Below are positions 8,662 through 16,915 of a stretch of DNA of 64,000 nucleotides, one piece after another. The stretch lies in contig OZ251992.1 in assembly GCA_965246885.1 (NCBI GenBank), positions 3,296,001-3,360,000 on the forward strand. The letters are read 5' to 3'. Source of the DNA: Abditibacterium sp. (GTDB lineage Bacteria; Armatimonadota; Abditibacteriia; Abditibacteriales; Abditibacteriaceae). The position numbers and the translations under genes are program-made. Position 1 is the stretch's first letter. Each line of letters starts with the position of its first letter. The notes under the pieces were generated by a model, which made no database searches, was not told where the DNA came from, and saw nothing but the letters and a program-made list of their open reading frames with translations.

Positions 8662-10206
8662 ATGGCTTTCGAGACCCATCACTCCTCTAACTCTCCAGAT
8701 TCCTCTTCCTTGCCTCCGGCAGACCGCGCCGCGACGGGTGTAACGGGCTTGGACGATATTTTGGGCGGCGGTTGGCCCGCGTGCCGCTTTTATCTGGTGC
8801 AGGGCGACCCCGGCACGGGGAAGACGACGCTGTCGCTGCAGTTTCTGCTCGCGGGCGTGGCGCTGGGGGAGAGGTGCTTGTATATCTCCTTGTCCGAGTC
8901 GCGCGAGGAGATCATCCAAGTGGCGGCCTCGCACGGGTGGGGTTTGGAGGGCGTGGACATCGTGGAGATGAGCCACGACGAAAGCACGCTGTTGCCCGAC
9001 GAGCAAAACACGCTGTTCTTGCCGTCGGAGATCGAGCTATCGGAAGTCACGACGCGCATTTTGGCGGAAATAGACCGCCTCAGCCCGGCGCGTGTGGTGT
9101 TCGATTCCTTGTCGGAGTGGCGGCTCATGTCGGGCGATGGATTACGCTTTCGGCGGCAGATACTGGCGCTCAAGAATCACTTGTCGGCGCGCGGCGCGAC
9201 GGTGCTCCTGCTGGATGGCAATGGGGCGGGGCACGCGATGGACTTGCAATCGCTTGCGCATGGGGTGCTCCAGTTGCAGCAAGTGCACCCCGAATACGGC
9301 GCGGAGCGGCGCCGCATGAGCGTGGTGAAGTTGCGCGGGGCGCGTTTTCGCGGCGGCTTTCACGACTTCGCCATCGAGCCGGGTGGTTTGGCGGTGTATC
9401 CCCGTTTGGTGGCGACCGAGCACACCGCGCCGTTCCGCGTGGAAAAGGTCTCGTCGGGCTTGCGCGAAATAGACGAACTGGTCGGTGGCGGCTTGACGCG
9501 CGGCACGGCGACGCTGTTGGTGGGGGCGTCGGGAACGGGAAAATCCATGCTGACGCAACGCTACATCGAAGCCGCTTTGGAGCGCGGCGAGTGCGCGGCG
9601 CTGTTCGCGTTCGAGGAAAGCCGCGACATCATCGAGCGGCGCGCGACGCGCTTTGGCTTTGAGTTGGAACCCTACCTCCAGAACGGCGCCTTCCACTTGC
9701 AGACCATAGACCCGGCAGAACTTTCGGCGGGCCAGTTCGCGTGGAAGGTGCGCCAACGCGTCGAGGAGTCGGGCGCGAAACTGGTGGTGTTCGACTCGCT
9801 CAACGGGTATTTGTACTCGATGGGTCAAGAGCGGAACTTGCTGCTGCATATGCACGAACTGCTCTCGTATCTGAGCGCGCGCGGTATTCTAACGCTACTG
9901 GTGGTGTGTCAAGACGGGATGGTCGGCGGCTCGATGCGAAGCCCCATAGACGTGTCGTATCTCGCCGATACCGTGTTGCTCCTACGTCACTTCGAGGCGT
10001 TTGGCGAGGTCAAGCAGGCGGTGTCGGTCGTCAAAAAGCGCGACGGCGGCCACGAGCGCGCCATCCGCGAACTGCGCTTTTCCGAGCAGGGCCTCCAAGT
10101 CGGCCCGCCGCTGCGCAACTTCAAAGGCGTCTTGACCGGCGTGCCTGACTTCTTGGGAACAAGCGGGCCACTTTTGGACGGGGCGATGGACGGACACAAT
10201 GGGTAA
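8662..10206 (+). CDS. KaiC-like double RecA-domain ATPase (RAD55/GvpD family)
   Basis: Two Walker A motifs (GDPGTGKT, GASGTGKS), VFDSL Walker B twice, KLRG / KKRDG. Confidence 0.9.
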   Translation: MAFETHHSSNSPDSSSLPPADRAATGVTGLDDILGGGWPACRFYLVQGDPGTGKTTLSLQFLLAGVALGERCLYISLSESREEIIQVAASHGWGLEGVDIVEMSHDESTLLPDEQNTLFLPSEIELSEVTTRILAEIDRLSPARVVFDSLSEWRLMSGDGLRFRRQILALKNHLSARGATVLLLDGNGAGHAMDLQSLAHGVLQLQQVHPEYGAERRRMSVVKLRGARFRGGFHDFAIEPGGLAVYPRLVATEHTAPFRVEKVSSGLREIDELVGGGLTRGTATLLVGASGTGKSMLTQRYIEAALERGECAALFAFEESRDIIERRATRFGFELEPYLQNGAFHLQTIDPAELSAGQFAWKVRQRVEESGAKLVVFDSLNGYLYSMGQERNLLLHMHELLSYLSARGILTLLVVCQDGMVGGSMRSPIDVSYLADTVLLLRHFEAFGEVKQAVSVVKKRDGGHERAIRELRFSEQGLQVGPPLRNFKGVLTGVPDFLGTSGPLLDGAMDGHNG

Positions 10207-10223
10207 GCCGCTCGCCGCTCCCT

Positions 10224-12374
10224 TCACGGCAGGACTTCGGCGTCCACCACGATGCGGAATTGACCCTCGGCTTGGATGCCGAAAAGGAACTCGACGTTCA
10301 CGCTCGCACCCGCCGCGAGGGTGCCGCCCGGAAGCGGCGCCGTCCAACCGGCGTTGAGGCCGCCGCCGTTGCCAGTGCTTGCGGCGGTGAGCGGCGCTTC
10401 GGTGGGCATGGTGGGCGCGTCCAAGGTCATGCCGTAGGCGCCGCGCTGCAATTGGCCGTTGCCGTCGAAGTAGCGCACGCCGCCCGACGAGATGGCGCGC
10501 AGGTCAGCCACGCCGCTCGTGGTGCTCATTCCGGCGGTGATGGCCACGATGCGAAAGCGCAACTTGGACACATTGGCGCCGGAGTTGTTGGTGATGGTGC
10601 GCCGGATGGTGAGACGCCCCTTGGAGTCCACGCTGCTACCCCGACTGCCGTAGCGGGCGTAGGCGCTCAGGCCGGGCGGGGTGTAGGGCGCGTTGCGGGT
10701 ACTCCCGTTGCGCTGGATGGTAGAAGCGGCGTTGTGCGGGTTCGGGCTGCCCAAGCGGGCGGCGCCTCCCATTGCGCCGACTCCGGTGCGGTCGGTGGTG
10801 CTGCTCGTGGCGGCGGTGTCCACGAGGTTGAAGTCGGCAGCGTTGTCTCTGATGTTGGACGGGCTTCCCGATTCGAGGCGGCGCACGTAAGCGTATTGGT
10901 CGGCAAGGCTGGCGGGCGCGCCGTAGGCGGGCAGATAGGCGCCCACGCTGTCCACGACGGTGCCCGCCGCGTTGTTCAAGGAAAGCGCGGTGCCGGTGGG
11001 GATGTCGCCGGGGCGATTGGTGCTGGCGGGGATGTCGCCGGAGTAAGTGACATCGGGCACGGCAATGGCGCCCAACGAGTAGCCGCCGGAGTTGGCGAGC
11101 AGCAGGTGCCCGAACGCGGGGATGGTGCCAGTGATAGGAACGGAAACGCTTCCCGCGACAAGGTTCCACCCTGAGACGTTGAGCGCCGCGCCGGTGGTGT
11201 TCGCCAACTCGATGAACTCATCGGCGCTGCCGTTTGGCCCACTGAGGCGGAACTGGCTAATGAGGGCGCCCGTCGTGGCGGGGGCAGGAATATAGAGTTC
11301 GGCACTCGCCAGAAAACCGGAACTGTCGTAGCCGCCCGACACGAGGACTTGGCCATTGCCTAAGAGCGTGGCAGTGTGCTGAGTGCGCGCGGTCCCCAAG
11401 GAGCCGGTGGCGGAAAAGGTGCTGGTGGTGGGGTCATACAACTCGGCGCTCGTCAAATAGATGTCGCCGCCGTTAGCTCCCGTTCCCCTTCCCGAAGCAA
11501 AGAGAATTTGGCCGTTTTGGAGGAGCGTGGCAGTGTCGAGGTCGCGCGCCGTATGAAGGCTTCCCCCAGAGGAGAAGGTGCTGGTAGTGGGGTCATACAA
11601 TTCGGCACTGGCGAGGTAATTGGAACCGTTGTAGCCGCCAACGACGAGGACTTTGCCGGAGGAAAGGAGGGTGGCGGTGTGGTCGCCGCGCGGCGCCGTG
11701 AGCCTTTGGGTGACGGCAAAGGTGCCGGTAGCGGGGTCGTAGAGTTCGGCACTCGTCAAGTAGCCGGAAGCGCCACTTCCTCCAGTCACGAGTAATTGAC
11801 CGTTGTTGAGGAGGGTGGCGGTGTGGAGGTAACGCGCGGCGTTGAGGTTTCCGGTGGAAGTGAAGGTGCCGAGGGCGGGGTTGTACAGTTCGGCACTTGC
11901 GAGAGGGGCGCCGCTCGAACTTAGTCCTCCGGTGATGAGGACTTGACCGTTGTTGAGAAGAGTGGCGGTGTGTTGGTAGCGCCCCGTGCCCATGTTGCCG
12001 GTGGGCGTGAAAGTGCCCGACGCGGGGTCGTAGAGTTCGGCGCTTGCGCGGCCTGCGCCTCCGGCGATGAGGATTTTGCCATTGCCCAAAAGGGTGGCGG
12101 TGGCGGCGTAGCGCGCGGCGTTTAGGGCACCCGTCGCGGCGAAGGTGCTGGAAGCAGGGTCGTAGAGTTCGGCGCTGGCCAAAATCGTCGTGCCTGTTCC
12201 AATGCCCCCGGCGACGAGGACTTTGCCGTTGGGGAGCAGGGTGGCGGTGTGTTCGCGCCGCGCCGTCGCCATGTTGCCTGTTGGGGCGAAGGTTTGGGCA
12301 CGGGCGGCGGCGCCGAGGACGACGCAGAGCAGGAACGCAAGAACCGCACGGGCGGCGTGGGTGAGTGGGCGCAT
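10224..12374 (-). CDS. secreted kelch-repeat (beta-propeller) protein with lamin-tail-like and conserved C-terminal domains
   Basis: ATG 12374 signal peptide MRPLTHAARAVLAFLLCVVLGAAARA; seven HTATLL..G.VL..GG..SAELYDP repeats; ISQFRLSGPNGSADEFIELAN (LTD-like). Confidence 0.85.
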   Translation of the reverse strand: MRPLTHAARAVLAFLLCVVLGAAARAQTFAPTGNMATARREHTATLLPNGKVLVAGGIGTGTTILASAELYDPASSTFAATGALNAARYAATATLLGNGKILIAGGAGRASAELYDPASGTFTPTGNMGTGRYQHTATLLNNGQVLITGGLSSSGAPLASAELYNPALGTFTSTGNLNAARYLHTATLLNNGQLLVTGGSGASGYLTSAELYDPATGTFAVTQRLTAPRGDHTATLLSSGKVLVVGGYNGSNYLASAELYDPTTSTFSSGGSLHTARDLDTATLLQNGQILFASGRGTGANGGDIYLTSAELYDPTTSTFSATGSLGTARTQHTATLLGNGQVLVSGGYDSSGFLASAELYIPAPATTGALISQFRLSGPNGSADEFIELANTTGAALNVSGWNLVAGSVSVPITGTIPAFGHLLLANSGGYSLGAIAVPDVTYSGDIPASTNRPGDIPTGTALSLNNAAGTVVDSVGAYLPAYGAPASLADQYAYVRRLESGSPSNIRDNAADFNLVDTAATSSTTDRTGVGAMGGAARLGSPNPHNAASTIQRNGSTRNAPYTPPGLSAYARYGSRGSSVDSKGRLTIRRTITNNSGANVSKLRFRIVAITAGMSTTSGVADLRAISSGGVRYFDGNGQLQRGAYGMTLDAPTMPTEAPLTAASTGNGGGLNAGWTAPLPGGTLAAGASVNVEFLFGIQAEGQFRIVVDAEVLP

Positions 12375-12530
12375 GATGAGAACAGTTGCGAGTATCGCAC
12401 AGGCGCTGTTTGGGTGGGCCGTGATAGCGTTCGCTGGCGGGTTTCGCCGCCCTCCAATGGAAGTGACAAGGGGACAATAGCGGGTGCGCGGGCGGGGCTT
12501 TGTTAAAATTAGGTGTAGATTACCCCGATT

Positions 12531-13826
12531 ATGGCCACACGTAGCGTTATGGCGCGCATGGAAGACTTCTTCTACCGCGAACTGATGAGATACCTCGCCC
12601 TCGCCGAGCAGAAGCGGCGCTGGAACCCCTTTACCGACATCCCCTACGCGCAAGCGAACCCCGACTCCAGCCAGACCCTCGCGCAGTGCGTCGAGACGTT
12701 CTGCGCCGTCGAGATGTATTTGCCCGACTTCACCTCGAAGATGCTCCACATGATCCGCCGCAGTCGCGGGCGCTCGTGGTTCCACATCAACTGGGGCTAC
12801 GAGGAGTCCAAGCACTCGCTCACCCTCGAAGGCTGGCTCCTCGCGTCGGGCCACCGCACCGAAGAGCAGCGCGAAGCCGTCCAAGCCGCGCTTTCCACGC
12901 TCGAATGGGAACTCCCCTACGACCACCCGCGCCAAATGGTGTGCTACACCATGATCCAAGAGTTGGCGACGTTCTGGAACTACCGCAACTTGGAAGGCAT
13001 CGCCGCCCAGCAGAACGACCGGGCGCTCGTCGCGGGGCTGCGCATCATTTCGGTGGACGAGCGCGTCCACTATAACTTCTTCCGCAACACCGTCAAGGAG
13101 TGGATGAAGTGGGACGAGGAAGGCACCATCCACGACTTGAAATACGTCTTCGACCACTTCTCCATGCCGGGACGCACGCAAATCCCCGGCTACGAAGAAG
13201 CAGAGCGCGTTCTCGCCAAGACCGGCATCTACGGCCCGCGCGAATACATCAAGCTCGTCAAGAACCCCATCCTCGAAGACCTGCGCTTGGACAAGAGCTT
13301 CCAGAAAATCGAGTCCGAGGAAGAACGCGCCCACGCCGAAGCCGCGCGCCGCGCCGCGTTGGAAGGCAGCGTCGAGCGCATCGAACTCAACGGCAACGGC
13401 CACGCGGTTGCCAAAAACGGCACGCCCTTCAACTCGCACGCCGTCGCGCAGGTGCTTTCCAACCTCAAGCCCGCCCGCCCCGGCCAAAAGCCCGAACTGC
13501 CCGCCACCTACCCCAACGGCGCCAAACGCTCGGCGTTTTTGGATGTCGTGGGAATCGAACCCGCGCGCCGCAACGAGCCGTCGCGCTCCATTATCCTCGA
13601 CCACATCCCCGACAAGCTGAACGGCTCGCGCGGCATGGACAAGTTAGACAACGCCCTCGACCAACGCCTCATGGCCATCGGCGACGAACTCTCCAACAAC
13701 GCCGACGAAATGCGCGGGGAGCGCGCCCAAATCCAGCAAGAGCGCCAAATCACCCGCAAGTCACGGATGAAAAACGACCGTTTGCTGCGGAAGCACGACG
13801 AGGAAAGCGAGAACGGCGGGGGGTAA
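12531..13826 (+). CDS. acyl-ACP desaturase (ferritin-like di-iron) with C-terminal extension
   Basis: WGYEESKH and QELAT...DERVH ExxH motifs, FSMPG. Confidence 0.85.
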   Translation: MATRSVMARMEDFFYRELMRYLALAEQKRRWNPFTDIPYAQANPDSSQTLAQCVETFCAVEMYLPDFTSKMLHMIRRSRGRSWFHINWGYEESKHSLTLEGWLLASGHRTEEQREAVQAALSTLEWELPYDHPRQMVCYTMIQELATFWNYRNLEGIAAQQNDRALVAGLRIISVDERVHYNFFRNTVKEWMKWDEEGTIHDLKYVFDHFSMPGRTQIPGYEEAERVLAKTGIYGPREYIKLVKNPILEDLRLDKSFQKIESEEERAHAEAARRAALEGSVERIELNGNGHAVAKNGTPFNSHAVAQVLSNLKPARPGQKPELPATYPNGAKRSAFLDVVGIEPARRNEPSRSIILDHIPDKLNGSRGMDKLDNALDQRLMAIGDELSNNADEMRGERAQIQQERQITRKSRMKNDRLLRKHDEESENGGG

Positions 13827-13829
13827 ACG

Positions 13830-14237
13830 ATGGATGAACCCCTAAAAGTCCCGGCGTGGATGGACAACTTCGACGCCTCGCATTGGCCGGACGACGAAGA
13901 TGAACTCATCGCGTGGCTCGACGCGCGCGACGTGCCCCTCCCCGGCTTGGAGAAGAGGAACGGCTTTGAGTTGGAGTGGTTGCGCGTCTTTTCGCTCGTC
14001 AAAGAGCAGGAGAAAATCGTGCCGCTCGATGAGGCTGAACTCGCGGCGCTCACAGAGGTTCGCAAAGCCGCGTTCCTCCACGTCATCCGGCTCACGGGAA
14101 ACGATGATCTGGCCGCATCGGTCAGCGACGACTTCGACTTGATACTGCGCGCCGCGCGCGTCGGGATTCACGACGAGTGGCTCGACAAACTCCGCGCCGA
14201 ATACGAAGCCGGACGCTTTCCGAACGGCGCGCTTTAA
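13830..14237 (+). CDS. hypothetical acidic protein
   Basis: Tightly packed between the desaturase and NUDIX genes, plausible codon usage. Confidence 0.65.
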   Translation: MDEPLKVPAWMDNFDASHWPDDEDELIAWLDARDVPLPGLEKRNGFELEWLRVFSLVKEQEKIVPLDEAELAALTEVRKAAFLHVIRLTGNDDLAASVSDDFDLILRAARVGIHDEWLDKLRAEYEAGRFPNGAL

Positions 14238-14239
14238 CC

Positions 14240-14695
14240 ATGCCCCACATCCACGATGCCATTGACTTCACGGTGTCTCTCTTCATCGTTCACGAGGGGC
14301 GCGTGCTACTCGTGCATCACCGCAAGTTGGGGAAGTGGCTGCCTTTGGGCGGGCACATCGAACTGGACGAAGACCCGGAAGCCGCCGCATTGCGCGAGGC
14401 GCGCGAGGAGTCAGGGTTAGAGATTGCCTTGCTCGGCGAGCGCCCGCCCACGACGGAAGACGGGACGCGCGCCCTCCTTGCGCCGCGCTTTTTGGATATT
14501 CACCGCATCAGCGACACGCACGAACACATCGGCATGATCTACTTCGCCCGCGTCGTGGCGGGCGACCTCGCGCTTTCGAGCCGCGAACACTTCGCCATCC
14601 GGTGGTGCGGGCGCGCCGAGTTGGACGAACTGGTGCCGCCGCTCTCGAACGCCATTCGCTGGTACTGCGAAGCGGCGCTGCGGGAAGTGGCCTGA
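14240..14695 (+). CDS. NUDIX hydrolase
   Basis: Nudix box GGHIELDEDPEAAALREAREESGL. Confidence 0.9.
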   Translation: MPHIHDAIDFTVSLFIVHEGRVLLVHHRKLGKWLPLGGHIELDEDPEAAALREAREESGLEIALLGERPPTTEDGTRALLAPRFLDIHRISDTHEHIGMIYFARVVAGDLALSSREHFAIRWCGRAELDELVPPLSNAIRWYCEAALREVA

Positions 14696-14706
14696 CGGCG
14701 CTGACT

Positions 14707-14724
14707 TTGTGAAATATTGCACAA
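14707..14724. promoter_or_regulatory. Rex-like operator upstream of pncA-pncB
   Basis: TTGTGAA-ATAT-TGCACAA, one mismatch to the Rex consensus TTGTGAA-N4-TTCACAA; overlaps a possible -35 TTGCAC. Confidence 0.55.
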
Positions 14725-14771
14725 CCCCGGCGAAGCGTGCAAAATAGTTCCTCATCTTCGGAGGAAACGAA

Positions 14772-15368
14772 ATGACAGCTTTAATCATTGTGGATGTGCA
14801 GAACGATTTTTGCCCCGGCGGGGCGCTGGCAGTGGCGGGCGGGGATTTGGTGGTGCCCGTTATCAACGCCATCTTGCCGCGCTTTGACGTGGTGGTGGCG
14901 ACGCAGGACTGGCACCCGGCGAATCACGCCTCCTTCGCGGTCAACCATCCCGGCACCCGCGTGGGCGAGGTCATAGAACTGGACGGCTTTCCGCAAGTGT
15001 TGTGGCCCGCCCACTGCGTTGCGGGCACGCATGGCGCGCGGTTGCGGGGCGACTTGGACACGTCGGGCTTGGACGGCGTGTTCCAAAAGGGCGCCGACCC
15101 GATCGTGGATTCCTACTCCGGCTTCTTCGACAACGGACGCCGCCACGCGACCGGCTTGGGCGCGTATTTACAAGGGCGCGGCGTGAGCGAGGTGTCGGTG
15201 TGCGGCTTGGCGACTGATTACTGCGTCCGATGGACGGCGCTGGACGCCCTTTCGCTCGGCTTTGTCGTGAACGTCATTGAGCAAGCGTGTCGCGGTGTGG
15301 AGCTGCAAGTGGGCGACAGCGCGCGGGCGCTTGATGAAATCCGCGCGGCGGGGGGGCGAATCGTTTGA
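14772..15368 (+). CDS. pncA: nicotinamidase/pyrazinamidase
   Basis: VDVQNDF, TQDWHP, WPAHCV, KG..DSYSGF, GLATDYCV; GGAGG SD. Confidence 0.95.
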   Translation: MTALIIVDVQNDFCPGGALAVAGGDLVVPVINAILPRFDVVVATQDWHPANHASFAVNHPGTRVGEVIELDGFPQVLWPAHCVAGTHGARLRGDLDTSGLDGVFQKGADPIVDSYSGFFDNGRRHATGLGAYLQGRGVSEVSVCGLATDYCVRWTALDALSLGFVVNVIEQACRGVELQVGDSARALDEIRAAGGRIV

Positions 15369-16831
15369 TGCAAAACCTCTTCTTCGACGGCTCCAGCGCG
15401 CTGCTGACCGACCTCTACCAACTGACGATGGCTTACGGCTACTGGAAGGCGGGCCGCGCGGACGACTGGGCGAACTTCCAGATGTATTTCCGCAAGCTGC
15501 CCTTTTCCGGCGGATTCGCGGTCGCGTGCGGGGTGGAACCGGCGCTCGAATGGATCGAGCGCTTCGCCTTCGACACGACCGACTTGGGCTATCTCGAAAC
15601 CCTGACGGGCGCCGACGACCTGCCGCTATTTAGCTCCGAGTTCCTCGACTACCTCGGCGACTTGGCGCTCCATGTGGACGTGGACGCCGTGCGCGAGGGC
15701 GCGCTCTGCTTTGCGCAGGAGCCGCTTGTCCGCGTGCAAGGCCCGGTGCTTCATTGCCAACTGCTCGAAACCGCTCTGCTCAACATGGTCAACTTCCAAA
15801 CGCTCATCGCCACCAAAGCGGCGCGCATCTGTTTGGCGGCCAAGGGCGAACCCGTCTTGGAGTTCGGCGCGCGCCGCGCGCAAGGGATAGACGGCGCGCT
15901 CGCGGCTTCGCGGGCCGCCTACGTCGGTGGGTGCGCCGCGACTTCGCACGTCTTGGCGGGCAAGTGCTTCGACATCCCCGTGCGCGGCACGCACGCGCAC
16001 TCGTGGGTGATGCTCTTCGATTCCGAACCCGAAGCCTTCGCCGCTTATGCCGACGCCCTGCCCAACAACGTGGTCTTTCTGGTGGACACTTACGATACCC
16101 TCGAAGGCGTGCGACACGCCGTCGAAGCGGGACGGGCGCTCCGGGCGCGCGGGCACGACCTGCTGGGCATCCGGCTCGATTCCGGGGATTTGACGTATCT
16201 GAGCATCGAAGCGCGCCGCATCTTGGACGCGGGCGGCTTTCAAGGCGCCAAAATCTACGCCAGCAACGACTTGGACGAAAACCTCATCGCCAGCCTGAAG
16301 GAACAGGGCGCGACGGTGGGCGTGTGGGGCGTCGGCACGCGCTTGGTGACGGGGCACGACCAGCCCGCATTAGGGGGCGTTTACAAGCTGACTGCCGTGC
16401 GCGACGCGAGCGGCCAGTGGCAGCCGCGCATGAAGCTGTCCGAGCAAAGCGTGAAGATTTCGACGCCCGGAGTTTTGGGCGCGCGTCGCTTCGTGGATGC
16501 CAGTGGTCAATTTGTCGCTGATGCTATCTATCAGGACGGTTTCGAGCCGGACGGCGATTTCTGGATCGTTGACCCGCTCGACCCCATCCGGCGCCGCAAA
16601 ATCGGCGCGGAGCTTCATGCGCGCGAACTCTTGGAGCCTGCTTTTCGGGGCGGGCGCCGGGTGCGCGAGCGCGAAACTTTGGCGCAAGCGCGCGACCGGG
16701 CACAGGGCGAACTTGGTGCCTTAAACGCGGGCAGCAAGCGCTCGGTGAACCCGCACTCCTACCCCGTCGGGTTGGAAGCGGGGCTTCACGCGCGCAAAAT
16801 GGCGCTCATCGAACGGCTACGCGAACAATAA
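15368..16831 (+). CDS. pncB: nicotinate phosphoribosyltransferase
   Basis: LLTDLYQLTM, EFGARR, GTHAHSW, LVDTYD, IRLDSGD; TGATG overlap with pncA. Confidence 0.95.
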   Translation: MQNLFFDGSSALLTDLYQLTMAYGYWKAGRADDWANFQMYFRKLPFSGGFAVACGVEPALEWIERFAFDTTDLGYLETLTGADDLPLFSSEFLDYLGDLALHVDVDAVREGALCFAQEPLVRVQGPVLHCQLLETALLNMVNFQTLIATKAARICLAAKGEPVLEFGARRAQGIDGALAASRAAYVGGCAATSHVLAGKCFDIPVRGTHAHSWVMLFDSEPEAFAAYADALPNNVVFLVDTYDTLEGVRHAVEAGRALRARGHDLLGIRLDSGDLTYLSIEARRILDAGGFQGAKIYASNDLDENLIASLKEQGATVGVWGVGTRLVTGHDQPALGGVYKLTAVRDASGQWQPRMKLSEQSVKISTPGVLGARRFVDASGQFVADAIYQDGFEPDGDFWIVDPLDPIRRRKIGAELHARELLEPAFRGGRRVRERETLAQARDRAQGELGALNAGSKRSVNPHSYPVGLEAGLHARKMALIERLREQ

Positions 16832-16915
16832 CGGCCCGCGCCGCGAGCGAGTGAACGAGTGGGAGTAAAGCGGGCCAAACTACATGGTGTTCTGGCGCTT
16901 TAGCGCTTATTCTTT

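Noticed and set aside
12375..13604. N-terminal 400 aa of the 1126-aa ORF in the track
   Set aside because: Antisense shadow of the desaturase; the real kelch protein starts at ATG 12374 with a signal peptide.
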